From contig CAIXPL010000037.1 of assembly GCA_903921325.1 (NCBI GenBank), forward strand, positions 287,621 through 351,620: a DNA stretch of 64,000 nucleotides. The letters run 5' to 3'. This stretch comes from an uncultured Pseudomonadota bacterium (GTDB lineage Bacteria; Pseudomonadota; Gammaproteobacteria; Burkholderiales; SG8-39). Under the pieces are notes generated by a model. It had not been told where the DNA came from. It did not search any database and was given only the letters and a program-made list of their open reading frames with translations. Made by a program: the position numbers and the translations under genes. This document shows, piece after piece, positions 10,664-19,172 of this stretch; the stretch's first letter is position 1, and each line of letters begins with the position of its first letter.

Positions 10664-10834
10664 ATGGCGACCAAGAAGAAAGCGGCAAAGAAAGCGCCGG
10701 CGAAGAAAGCGGCGAAGAAAGCACCGGCAAAGAAAGCGCCGGCAAAGAAAGCGGCGAAGAAGGCTCCGGCCAAAAAAGCTGCTAAGAAAGCACCAGCAAA
10801 GAAGAAGGTTGCTGCAAAAAAAAAAGTAGCGTAA
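10664..10834 (+). CDS. Histone H1-like Lys/Ala-rich DNA-binding protein. This is the short frame, which ends just after an A10 tract.
   Basis: AAGGAG RBS 6 nt upstream of the ATG. The 56 aa are built of AAKKAPAKK repeats (MATKKKAAKKAPAKKAAKK...). The ORF-track start at 10634 is an upstream GTG that contains the RBS. Confidence 0.7.
   Translation: MATKKKAAKKAPAKKAAKKAPAKKAPAKKAAKKAPAKKAAKKAPAKKKVAAKKKVA
10679..10813 (+). repeat. Degenerate tandem 27-bp (12+15) coding repeats, AAKKAPAKK units
   Basis: Units of the form gcggcNaagaaagcNccggcNaagaaa recur by eye. Confidence 0.7.
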
Positions 10835-11097
10835 AGAAAGCACCCGCTAAGCCAGCTAAGTCTGCTGTAGCACCGAAGAAGAAAGTCGCAAGCAAACCAG
10901 CCAAAAAGGCGGCCCCGAAAAAGGCGGTCAAGAAGGCGGTTAAGACGTCGAAGCCCGTGACAAAGAAACCTGCAAAGAAGGCTGTCAAGAGTGTTTCGGT
11001 GACCCCTGGCTCAGGGGCGGCGCCTGTTGCGACGGGAGCTCCGGCTCCGGTGTCTCCGGCAGCGGCTTGGCCTTTTCCTACAGGGCCACGTCCATAG
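10825..11097 (+). other. Continuation of the H1-like coding frame in the -1 frame. Either a frameshifted 3' part of the gene or a recoding product.
   Basis: The frame starting at 10825/10831 is open for about 88 codons with the same composition (SSVKKAPAKPAKSAVAPKKKVASKPAKKAAPKKAVKKAVKTSKPVTKKPAKKAVK...AAWPFPTGPRP) and stops at 11095-11097. It has no start codon of its own. Confidence 0.6.
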
Positions 11098-11109
11098 TTG
11101 GGAGGAATG

Positions 11110-11148
11110 GTCTGCGGCCATCTTGTGCAGGCAAGAATGGCCGCAGAC
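11110..11148 (+). other. Perfect 12-bp stem hairpin just downstream of the extended H1-like frame
   Basis: GTCTGCGGCCAT (11110-11121) pairs with ATGGCCGCAGAC (11137-11148). No U-run follows. Confidence 0.5.
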
Positions 11149-11168
11149 ATTCCGGTTGGTGCGTTCGT

Positions 11169-11238
11169 CCCCGGCATGGCATCCGAAAGACGCCTTGATT
11201 GTATCAAGCGTCTGGTGACTTGCCGGGGTGTTTTTCTG
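11169..11238 (+). terminator. Compound intrinsic terminator
   Basis: Outer stem CCCCGGCA (11169-11176) / TGCCGGGG (11221-11228) encloses an inner hairpin AGACGCCTTGAT...ATCAAGCGTCT (11188-11213). TGTTTTTCTG follows. Confidence 0.6.
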
Positions 11239-11509
11239 AAGTAATATCGACTATTGCATTGCAGCAATGTCAAGCGGATTCCACGGTGCGCTGAGAACCA
11301 CTTGGCAACCTATTGATTTATTGAAGAAAATATTCGCCCGTAACTCGAATCCGGGTTAGAATCGGGTTTTAGAGCGTCGCTGAGTCAACCGGAAGTCACA
11401 CTTCGGGGTTGCCGCTCAGGCGGCTGGTCGGCAGATTGTCCGAGGGACAGGGCAAAGTCCGGCGTCCTATGTAGCCAGCGCGCTACTCATCTTCACCGGG
11501 AGAACCGGT

Positions 11510-12190
11510 ATGCGAGCGTACTCAGCACGATCCAGCGCGATCAATCCGTTTGGATTACGCAATCTGTTCCTGATGTTCATGGCCTGTGCCTGGGCCGCCG
11601 TGATGCTGCACTCCTCGGATCAGGCGGGTAACCGGCTTGTCAGACCGGATGCATCGGGTTTGAGCTTTGCACGGGCGGATCGGGTGGTCGCGGTGAGTTC
11701 GCGCGAGCGACCCGAATCGGCAGAACTCGATGCAATCGAGGCGCGGGTTGCCGAAGTCGTCCACCGCCAGTATTTGATCGCGAGCGAAGCAGCACGCGAA
11801 TTCACCCATCTGGCCTGGATGTCAGGGCGCCGCGCCGGCATCGATCCGCTGCTGCTAATCGCCGTGATGGCCGTTGAATCGCGCTTCAATCCCATCGCAG
11901 AGAGCCCGATGGGCGCCAAAGGCTTGATGCAGGTCATTCCGCAATACCATGAAGATAAACTGGCCAAGCTGGCAAGTGGCAATGTGCTCGACCCAACGGT
12001 CAATGTCGAACTCGGTGCGAGAATCCTGCGTGACTACCTTGATCGCAGTGGATCAGTCGAGGCCGCGCTGCAGTGGTACAACGGCGCCCCAGGCGATGAA
12101 TCGCGTGGCTATGCCACCCGGGTCATGACCGAGCGCAATCGCTTCGCCCGTGAGCCGATAGTCGCTACGCTGCGCCCACCGCGCATTTGA
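11510..12190 (+). CDS. Lytic transglycosylase (SLT domain)
   Basis: 226 aa with an N-terminal hydrophobic anchor and the SLT catalytic region AVESRFNPIAESPMGAKGLMQVIP. RBS GGAGA upstream. Confidence 0.8.
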   Translation: MRAYSARSSAINPFGLRNLFLMFMACAWAAVMLHSSDQAGNRLVRPDASGLSFARADRVVAVSSRERPESAELDAIEARVAEVVHRQYLIASEAAREFTHLAWMSGRRAGIDPLLLIAVMAVESRFNPIAESPMGAKGLMQVIPQYHEDKLAKLASGNVLDPTVNVELGARILRDYLDRSGSVEAALQWYNGAPGDESRGYATRVMTERNRFAREPIVATLRPPRI

Positions 12191-13361
12191 TGTGCGGCAA
12201 GGCTTCCTTCAGTCTGGCAACCGCCTGCCTGAGCAGCGTTCGATCACAGGTGTAGGCAAAGCGCAACCAGCGCTGCGGCTCATGGACGCCGAAATCGTCG
12301 CCAGGGGTCAGTGCGACGCCAGCCGCTTCAAGCAGTTCGCGCGCCAGGCGGGCCGAGTCTGTCGCCAGTGCGCTGCAGTCCGCATAGACATAAAACGCAC
12401 CATCCGGTAGCGTAGGCACCTTGAATCCAATCCCTTGCAGTGCGGGGATCAGATCGTCGCGGCGCGCCTGAAATTCTTCGCGCCGCGCTTCACAGATCGC
12501 CAGGCTTGCCGGCTCGAATGCCGCGAGGGCGGCGTGCTGCGCAAGTGCCGGAGGACAGATGGTGGCATTTTGCGCAAAACGCTCCAGACCACGCATGGCA
12601 TCAGGGGGTGCCACCAGCCAACCCAGCCGCCAGCCCGTCATTGCAAAGTACTTTGAAAAACTGCTCACCACGAACACGTCCTCACCGAGCGCGAGCGCGC
12701 TGTCCCGGCGCGCCCCGTAGGTGAGGCCCAGATAGATCTCATCGACGATCAGCACGCCACCGTTTGCGCGCACTTCGGCGTGCACTGCCCGAAGCTCATC
12801 GGGTGCAATTCGGGTGCCGGTTGGATTGGACGGCGATGCGAGCAATACCCCGCGTGTGCGCGGCCGCCAGTGCTCGCGCACGGTCGCTGCGCTCAACTGA
12901 AATTGCGACTGCGCGCTGGTTGGAATAAGGCGTGGCAGCCCCCCGAACAGACTCACCATATGTCGGTTGCAGGGATAGCAGGGATCAGGCATCAGCCATT
13001 CATCCCCAGGGTTGACCAGGGACCCGAGCAGGGTCATCAGCGCACCCGAGGCGCCGGTGGTGACCATGACGCGAGCCGGATCAACCACAACGCCTGACTG
13101 CACTGCATGAAACTGCGCAATGGCGGTGCGCAGCTGCGGCAAACCCAGTGAGTCGGTATAGCCCAGACGGTCATCGTCGAGCAGTTGCCGGGCCCGCTCA
13201 AGCACGGGTGCCGGCGCAGCGAAATCGGGTTGTCCGATTTCCATATGAATGATCGAGCGGCCGGCGGCTTCCAGTTCGAACGCGCGCTGCTGGATGTCCA
13301 TGACCCGAAACGGCTCGACGTGCGCCATACGGCGGGCAAACGGGTAGAGCGAGGTGGTCAT
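12165..13361 (-). CDS. Class I/II pyridoxal-phosphate-dependent aminotransferase (aspartate/aromatic type)
   Basis: PLP-lysine motif SSFSKYFAMTGWRLGW and SPSNPTG. The start is placed at the internal ATG (MTTSLYPF...); the ORF-track start at 13451 adds 30 unlikely residues. Confidence 0.8.
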   Translation of the reverse strand: MTTSLYPFARRMAHVEPFRVMDIQQRAFELEAAGRSIIHMEIGQPDFAAPAPVLERARQLLDDDRLGYTDSLGLPQLRTAIAQFHAVQSGVVVDPARVMVTTGASGALMTLLGSLVNPGDEWLMPDPCYPCNRHMVSLFGGLPRLIPTSAQSQFQLSAATVREHWRPRTRGVLLASPSNPTGTRIAPDELRAVHAEVRANGGVLIVDEIYLGLTYGARRDSALALGEDVFVVSSFSKYFAMTGWRLGWLVAPPDAMRGLERFAQNATICPPALAQHAALAAFEPASLAICEARREEFQARRDDLIPALQGIGFKVPTLPDGAFYVYADCSALATDSARLARELLEAAGVALTPGDDFGVHEPQRWLRFAYTCDRTLLRQAVARLKEALPHIKCAVGAA

Positions 13362-13526
13362 GGCGAAAAGAGGGATGGTTGACGATGGTGCTGCGCATTC
13401 TGCCCGATCAGCGTGTGCACCAGCGTGAAACGCGGTAACCCATCCAGGCAATCGGACTGCAGAGATGACGTGAAGTTGCGTGGCAACCCGACCTATAATG
13501 GGCCTACCACCCTAGAGAAGCCAGCC

Positions 13527-15803
13527 ATGGACGAAGCTATTCGACGTGCCGCATTGGACTACCACCGCCTGCCGCGACCCGGCAAGATCGCCATTGCACC
13601 GACCAAGGGGCTACTGAATCAACGCGATCTGGCGCTCGCCTACTCACCGGGTGTCGCAGCGGCGTGTGACGAGATCGTCGCCAATCCGCACGAGGCGAGC
13701 ACGCTCACCGCGCGCGCCAATCTGGTGGCCGTGATTACCAACGGCACGGCGGTTCTCGGTCTGGGGGCCATCGGGCCGCTGGCGGCCAAGCCGGTGATGG
13801 AAGGCAAGGCGGTGCTGTTCAAGAAATTTGCCGGCATCGATGTCTTCGACATCGAAATCGATGAACGCAACCCCGATCGCCTGATCGACATCATTGCCTC
13901 GCTTGAGCCGACCTTCGGTGGCATCAATCTGGAGGATATCAAGGCACCGGAGTGTTTTCAGGTTGAGCGCGCGCTGCGCGAGCGCATGAAGATCCCGGTC
14001 TTTCATGATGATCAGCATGGCACCGCCATCATTGTCGGGGCCGCGATCACCAATGGCTTGCGGGTGGTCGGCAAACAGATCAGCGAGGTCAAGCTGGTGT
14101 GCTCAGGCGCAGGTGCGGCCGCGCTTGCCTGTCTGGACATCCTGGTCGGACTCGGTCTGTCATCTGACAATATCTGGGTCTCGGATATCGCCGGTGTGGT
14201 CTATCGCGGACGCACCGTCGAGATGGATCCGAACAAGGCGCGCTATGCGCGCGAGACCGATGCCCGCCACTTGGCCGACATCATTGAGGGCGCCGATATT
14301 TTCCTGGGGCTGTCAGCGGGCAATGTGCTGACTCAGGACATGGTGGTGCGCATGGCTCCCAAGCCACTGATCTTCGCGCTGGCCAACCCGGAGCCAGAAA
14401 TCCAGCCGGCTCTCGTCAAGGCGGTTCGGCCCGATGCAATCATCGGCACCGGTCGCTCGGACTTCCCGAACCAGATCAATAATGTGTTGTGCTTTCCGTT
14501 CATCTTTCGTGGCGCACTCGATGTCGGTGCCACGCAGATCAATGAGGCAATGAAGCTGGCTGCGGTGCGCGCCATCGCGGATCTGGCGATGGCAGAGCAG
14601 TCCGAAGTGGTGACCGCCGCGTATGGGGATCAGGATCTGAGCTTTGGCCCGGAGTATCTCATTCCGCGGCCGTTCGATCCGCGGCTGATCACCACAATCG
14701 CGCCCGCCGTTGCGCGGGCGGCGATGGACTCGGGCGTGGCCACCCGCCCGATTGCCGATTTCGATGCTTACCAGGGACAACTGCAACAGTTTGTCTACGC
14801 ATCCGGTTTCGTGATGCGGCCCCTGTTCACGTCGGCCAAATTGAATCCGCGCCGGGTGGTCTATTCCGGGGGCGAGGATGAGCGCGTGCTGCGCGCGGTG
14901 CGCGCGATTTGCGATGAGGGCCTGGCACGCCCCATTCTGATTGGTCGGCCGAATGTGATCGAGCAACGCATCGAGCGCTATGGCTTGCGCCTGAAGGCTG
15001 GTGTGGATTTTGAACTGATCAATCCGGAGTGGGACACCCGCTACCGTGAATACTGGGAGGAGTATCACCGGATTGCCGGACGTGGCGGTGTATCGGTGGA
15101 TTACGCCAAGCTCGAAATGCGGCGGCGGCATACCTTGATCGGTGCCATGATGGTACGCCGGGGCGATGCCGATGGCATGCTGTGCGGACCGTATGACTCG
15201 CATGCCTCACATCTGCACTACATCTCGCAAGTGATCGGGTTGCGCCCGGGCGTCAAGAATTTCTACGCCATGAACGCGCTCATGCTGCCCGAGCGCACGC
15301 TGTTTATCTGCGATACGTATGTGCACTACGAGCCGACAGCGGCTCAGATTGCCGAGATGACTGCGCTCGCCGCCGAGGAGATTCGGCGTTTTGGTCTTAC
15401 GCCACGCGCCGCACTCCTGTCGCATTCGAGCTTCGGCACCCATGACACGCCGACCGCACTACGCATGCGCGAGGCACTTGATCTCATATCGCGCCAATCA
15501 CCAGAGCTTGAGGTCGACGGTGAAATGCACGGTGATGCCGCGCTGGTTGAGAAAGTGCGTGAGCTTGCGCTACCGTCATCACGACTCAAGGGCGAGGCCA
15601 ATCTGCTCATCATGCCCACCCTCGACGCGGCCAATATCTCGTTCAACCTGCTCAAGCAGACGGTGGGTTCGGGCATCACCATTGGCCCTATCCTGCTTGG
15701 TGCGGCGCGTCCGGTGCATGTGCTCACGCCGACTGCGACGGTGCGCCGAATCGTCAACATGACCGCATTGACTGTGGTCGATGTCAATGCAGGCCGTCGC
15801 TGA
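13527..15803 (+). CDS. maeB: NADP-dependent malic enzyme with C-terminal phosphotransacetylase-like domain
   Basis: About 758 aa from the ATG at 13527 ([21 protein letters not shown]). Malic enzyme motifs [11 protein letters not shown] and [21 protein letters not shown], plus a PTA-like C-terminal half. Confidence 0.9.
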   Translation: MDEAIRRAALDYHRLPRPGKIAIAPTKGLLNQRDLALAYSPGVAAACDEIVANPHEASTLTARANLVAVITNGTAVLGLGAIGPLAAKPVMEGKAVLFKKFAGIDVFDIEIDERNPDRLIDIIASLEPTFGGINLEDIKAPECFQVERALRERMKIPVFHDDQHGTAIIVGAAITNGLRVVGKQISEVKLVCSGAGAAALACLDILVGLGLSSDNIWVSDIAGVVYRGRTVEMDPNKARYARETDARHLADIIEGADIFLGLSAGNVLTQDMVVRMAPKPLIFALANPEPEIQPALVKAVRPDAIIGTGRSDFPNQINNVLCFPFIFRGALDVGATQINEAMKLAAVRAIADLAMAEQSEVVTAAYGDQDLSFGPEYLIPRPFDPRLITTIAPAVARAAMDSGVATRPIADFDAYQGQLQQFVYASGFVMRPLFTSAKLNPRRVVYSGGEDERVLRAVRAICDEGLARPILIGRPNVIEQRIERYGLRLKAGVDFELINPEWDTRYREYWEEYHRIAGRGGVSVDYAKLEMRRRHTLIGAMMVRRGDADGMLCGPYDSHASHLHYISQVIGLRPGVKNFYAMNALMLPERTLFICDTYVHYEPTAAQIAEMTALAAEEIRRFGLTPRAALLSHSSFGTHDTPTALRMREALDLISRQSPELEVDGEMHGDAALVEKVRELALPSSRLKGEANLLIMPTLDAANISFNLLKQTVGSGITIGPILLGAARPVHVLTPTATVRRIVNMTALTVVDVNAGRR

Positions 15804-15820
15804 CAACCGGGAGTGCGCCC

Positions 15821-16204
15821 ATGAACGATAGCAATTCGCCGAACGACCCATTCGAGTTTTTCCGCAAACTCTGGTCACCGATGGGCAATCCGCTGGGTGC
15901 GGCACCGACAATGCCCGGGGTGATGCCGGGAATGGTGTTTCCAAGCACCAATGTCGAGGACATCGAGAAACGCATTGCCGAGTTGCGTACGGTCGAAGGG
16001 TGGCTTGCCCTGAATCTTGAAATGCTGCGCACGATGGTGCAGGGCCTGGAAGCGCAACGGGCAACGCTGGCCGCGTATCAGTCGATGAATCAGTCCATGA
16101 GTGCGGCAGCGGCCGAAGTCATGGCCGCGCAGCGCCGTGCCACGGGGAGCCAGGCACCGGATGAGAGCCCGGGCGCAAGTGCACGGCGCCGCAAGTCAAG
16201 CTGA
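15821..16204 (+). CDS. PhaM-like small protein (possible PHA-granule-associated regulator family)
   Basis: 127 aa. The core NVEDIEKRIAELRTVEGWLALNLEMLRTMVQGLEAQRATL matches my recollection of PhaM-family proteins of Burkholderiales. The C-terminus is basic. The assignment is from memory only. Confidence 0.5.
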   Translation: MNDSNSPNDPFEFFRKLWSPMGNPLGAAPTMPGVMPGMVFPSTNVEDIEKRIAELRTVEGWLALNLEMLRTMVQGLEAQRATLAAYQSMNQSMSAAAAEVMAAQRRATGSQAPDESPGASARRRKSS

Positions 16205-16262
16205 TGCCCACCTGTTCGTCGGTGAATCATTTACCGATCTGGTCCGTGAATTGAGCGTGCCG

Positions 16263-17363
16263 ATGGGATTTCGCAGCGCCTGCGTTCAAGCGGCACGCTG
16301 GGACACCGCAGTCAACGAGGCAGTGCGCCAGTTGGGTCATCCGCTGCCGCGCGGTCCGGGTTTTCTGTATCTGACCGAAGGTCTGGGCGGGCATGCGCTC
16401 GAAATTCTGGATCGCCTGCGGGCCGCGACCGGCATCAGCCAGTGGATCGGTTCAGTGGGTGTGGGTGTCATCGGTTGCGGTGTTGAGATAGTCGACGAAC
16501 CCGCGCTATCGGTCATGGTGGCCGACTGGTCGCAACACGATTACCGGATTTTTTCTGGCAAGGCACGTGCGCCGGGAACGAGTGAACTCACCCCCGCAGG
16601 TGCACGTGCCGCTCACACCGCGATCGTCCATGGTGACCCCGAGACGCCCGACATGCCCGACCTGATCGAGGACATGAGTGGGCGGCTTGCGAGCGGCTTT
16701 ATGGTTGGTGGATTATCGAGCGCTCGCGGTGGCACGTTTCAAATTGCCAATGATGTTCTGAGCGGTGGCCTGTCGGGAATGGTGCTTTCGTCGGACATAG
16801 CGCTCACTACCCGAGTGACCCAAGGTGCCCGTGCACTGCCGCAACAGCACCGTATTACCGCAGCCGAGGGAAACCAGATCCTCGCGATCGACGGTCAAGC
16901 GGCCCTCGACGTGTACCGCGCGGTGGTCGGTGAGACTCTGGCGCGGGACTGGAACCGGGCCGCACGCAGTGTGCCGATCGGATTGCCGCTGCCTGGCAGC
17001 GACACCGGCGACTACCTGGTTCGCGATATTGTGGCAATCGATGTTCGATCCGGCATGCTCGCGGTCGCCGCGGCAGTCAGCGCCGGTGATCGCCTGGTGT
17101 TCTGTCGGCGTGACCGCGCGAGCGCGAGCGACGATATGCAACACATGTTGCGCTCCATCCCGACCGACCTGCCGGCGCCGCGCGGGGCGCTCTACGTGTC
17201 GTGTGTTGCCCGCGGTGCTGAGCTGTTTGGCGCCGGCTCGATCGAGGCCGGCTGGATTCGCGAGCGATTTGGCGATATTGCGCTGACCGGCTTTTTTGCC
17301 GCTGGCGAAATCTCGCATAATCACCTGTATGGCTACACTGGCGTTCTCACCCTGTTTTATTGA
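16263..17363 (+). CDS. FIST-domain signal-transduction protein
   Basis: About 366 aa from the ATG at 16263. FIST_N/FIST_C-like layout ending in FFAAGEISHNHLYGYTGVLTLF. The ORF-track start at 16101 overlaps the previous gene. Confidence 0.65.
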   Translation: MGFRSACVQAARWDTAVNEAVRQLGHPLPRGPGFLYLTEGLGGHALEILDRLRAATGISQWIGSVGVGVIGCGVEIVDEPALSVMVADWSQHDYRIFSGKARAPGTSELTPAGARAAHTAIVHGDPETPDMPDLIEDMSGRLASGFMVGGLSSARGGTFQIANDVLSGGLSGMVLSSDIALTTRVTQGARALPQQHRITAAEGNQILAIDGQAALDVYRAVVGETLARDWNRAARSVPIGLPLPGSDTGDYLVRDIVAIDVRSGMLAVAAAVSAGDRLVFCRRDRASASDDMQHMLRSIPTDLPAPRGALYVSCVARGAELFGAGSIEAGWIRERFGDIALTGFFAAGEISHNHLYGYTGVLTLFY

Positions 17364-17399
17364 GTGCGCTGTCGCGGTCCTTTCGAAACACAGTGTCAC

Positions 17400-17431
17400 A
17401 GCAGTCAGGGAACACGCCGTGACTGCTTTTA
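17400..17431 (+). terminator. Rho-independent terminator after the FIST gene
   Basis: AGCAGTCA (17400-17407) pairs with TGACTGCT (17420-17427), followed by TTTT. Confidence 0.65.
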
Positions 17432-17485
17432 CGGAACGTGGTGTCATGGCAGCAGCTTGACACCCACTTGGCTCGGAGACAATTC

Positions 17486-18460
17486 ATGCCTAAAGCAATA
17501 CGCATTCATGAAAACGGTGGTCCGGAGGTCATGCGCTGGGAGGATGTGACTCTGGCCAATCCGGGTGTTGGCGAAGTGCGCGTGAGGCATGTTGCGGTGG
17601 GCTTGAATTTCCTCGATGTGTACTTTCGCGTGGGCCTCTATAAGCAACCCCTGCCCGCCGGCATTGGCTGCGAGGGGGCTGGTGTGGTGGAAGCGGTGGG
17701 CCCCGGTGTGACCGAACTGGCAGTGGGTGACCGGGTCGCCTATGCCGGCGGGCCGAATGGCGCCTATGCCGAGGTGCGCATCATGCCTGCCGCAGTGCTG
17801 GTCAAGCTGCCACCCAGCGTGTCATTCGAGCAGGGTGCGGCCATGATGTTGCAAGGCATGACGGTGCAGTACCTGTTCAAGCGCACCTACCCCCTCAAGG
17901 CCGGGCAGTCCATCCTGTTTCATGCTGCCGCGGGGGGCGTCGGTCTGATCGCCTGTCAGTGGGCCAGGGCACTCGGGGTCACCATGATAGGCACCGTTGG
18001 GTCTGACGAAAAGGCTGCCCTCGCGCGCGCGCATGGCTGTGCTCACACCATCGTGTACAGCCGTGAAAATATTGCCGAGCGGGTACGCGAAATCACCCAG
18101 GGTGCTGGTGTGCCGGTGGTCTACGACTCGGTCGGCAAGGACACCTGGACCGCTTCACTCGATTGTCTGCAACCCCTTGGCATGATGGTCAGTTTCGGTA
18201 ACGCATCGGGGCCGTTGGCGCCAATCGTTGCGGGCGAGCTGACCGCACGGGGGTCGTTGTTCTTCACCCGTCCGAGCTTGATGTCCTACATCGCCAAGCG
18301 CACTGATCTGGTGACGACGGCGAGTGACCTATTCGATGTGGTCGCCTCCGGTGCCGTGAAAATCGATGTCAATCAGCGCTATGCGTTGAGTGATGCCGCG
18401 CAGGCCCATCGTGATCTGGAAGCGCGCAAGACCACCGGGTCAACGGTTTTCACTGTGTGA
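17486..18460 (+). CDS. qor: NADPH:quinone oxidoreductase (zeta-crystallin type)
   Basis: MPKAIRIHENGGPEVMRWEDV..., the MDR-superfamily fold, and the nucleotide motif HAAAGGVGL. Confidence 0.85.
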   Translation: MPKAIRIHENGGPEVMRWEDVTLANPGVGEVRVRHVAVGLNFLDVYFRVGLYKQPLPAGIGCEGAGVVEAVGPGVTELAVGDRVAYAGGPNGAYAEVRIMPAAVLVKLPPSVSFEQGAAMMLQGMTVQYLFKRTYPLKAGQSILFHAAAGGVGLIACQWARALGVTMIGTVGSDEKAALARAHGCAHTIVYSRENIAERVREITQGAGVPVVYDSVGKDTWTASLDCLQPLGMMVSFGNASGPLAPIVAGELTARGSLFFTRPSLMSYIAKRTDLVTTASDLFDVVASGAVKIDVNQRYALSDAAQAHRDLEARKTTGSTVFTV

Positions 18461-18488
18461 GTACGCATAGCGTGTTGCGCAGCCCTGG

Positions 18489-19172
18489 TTGATTGTGAGC
18501 GCTCAGGTACAGCAGGACATGGTGCGCGCTCGCGCACCAGGTGAGGGGGTGATCCTCGATGGACAGGCGCTGCGCGAACGTTTCGCGCAGCCGCGCGCCT
18601 GGCAGCCGGTGCAGACTGGCGACCGGCCCACGACCACAGCCGCGGCCAGCGCGCGCGCCGCTGCTGTGCTGATCCTGCTGGTGGAGCGCCCCGAGGGGCT
18701 GCATCTGTTGCTGACACGGCGCACCGATCATCTGCATGACCATGCCGGTCAGATCAGTTTTCCAGGCGGGCGGGTCGAACCGACTGATCGTGACCCGATT
18801 GAAACTGCGTTACGTGAAACCGAAGAAGAGATCGGGCTCGAGCGTTCCCGTATCGAGATTCTCGGTTCGCTCGGACCGCAAGGCATTTATCGTACGGGCA
18901 CCGGTTATCATGTGACCCCGGTGGTCGGCCTGACACGGCTTCCATTGATACTGGCACCGGATTCGTTCGAGGTTGCCGAAGTGTTCGAGGTGCCACTGGA
19001 CGTGGTGCTTGATCCGCACAATCACCAACGCAATACAGTGGTGAATCTCGGGGCGAGCCGCCAGTATCATGCCATCCCGTACGGCCGCTATTACATATGG
19101 GGTGCTACCGCAGCCATGTTGCTTAACTTTCGTGCGTTTCTGCAACCATTGCCATGGGGGGGGCCTTCATGA
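18489..19172 (+). CDS. NUDIX hydrolase, CoA pyrophosphatase type
   Basis: Nudix box GGRVEPTDRDPIETALRETEEEIGL. The start is uncertain: TTG at 18489 or ATG at 18519. Confidence 0.75.
   Translation: MIVSAQVQQDMVRARAPGEGVILDGQALRERFAQPRAWQPVQTGDRPTTTAAASARAAAVLILLVERPEGLHLLLTRRTDHLHDHAGQISFPGGRVEPTDRDPIETALRETEEEIGLERSRIEILGSLGPQGIYRTGTGYHVTPVVGLTRLPLILAPDSFEVAEVFEVPLDVVLDPHNHQRNTVVNLGASRQYHAIPYGRYYIWGATAAMLLNFRAFLQPLPWGGPS

Noticed and set aside
10529-10843. Alternative-frame ORFs through the Lys/Ala repeat, giving Arg-rich, Phe/Leu/Cys-rich and Glu/Ser/Gly-rich peptides on both strands.
   Set aside because: They are frame and strand echoes of the GCN-AAG repeat. Only the AAKKAP frame has an AAGGAG RBS and an ATG.
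11330-11370. TCGAATCC-containing segment reminiscent of a tRNA T-arm, which could mark a tRNA fragment or integration scar.
   Set aside because: The flanking sequence cannot be folded into acceptor, D or anticodon arms, and the putative T-stem has an 11-nt loop. No integrase or island-like genes are nearby.
16101-16262. The upstream extension of the FIST ORF overlapping the PhaM-like gene. Similar 5' extensions occur at 13413, 33989, 40863, 46467, 60700 and 36140.
   Set aside because: The ORF track reports the longest possible ORFs. Internal ATG, GTG or TTG codons with RBS-like sequences, N-termini matching the known protein families, and avoidance of large overlaps all favour the shorter starts used in the feature table.
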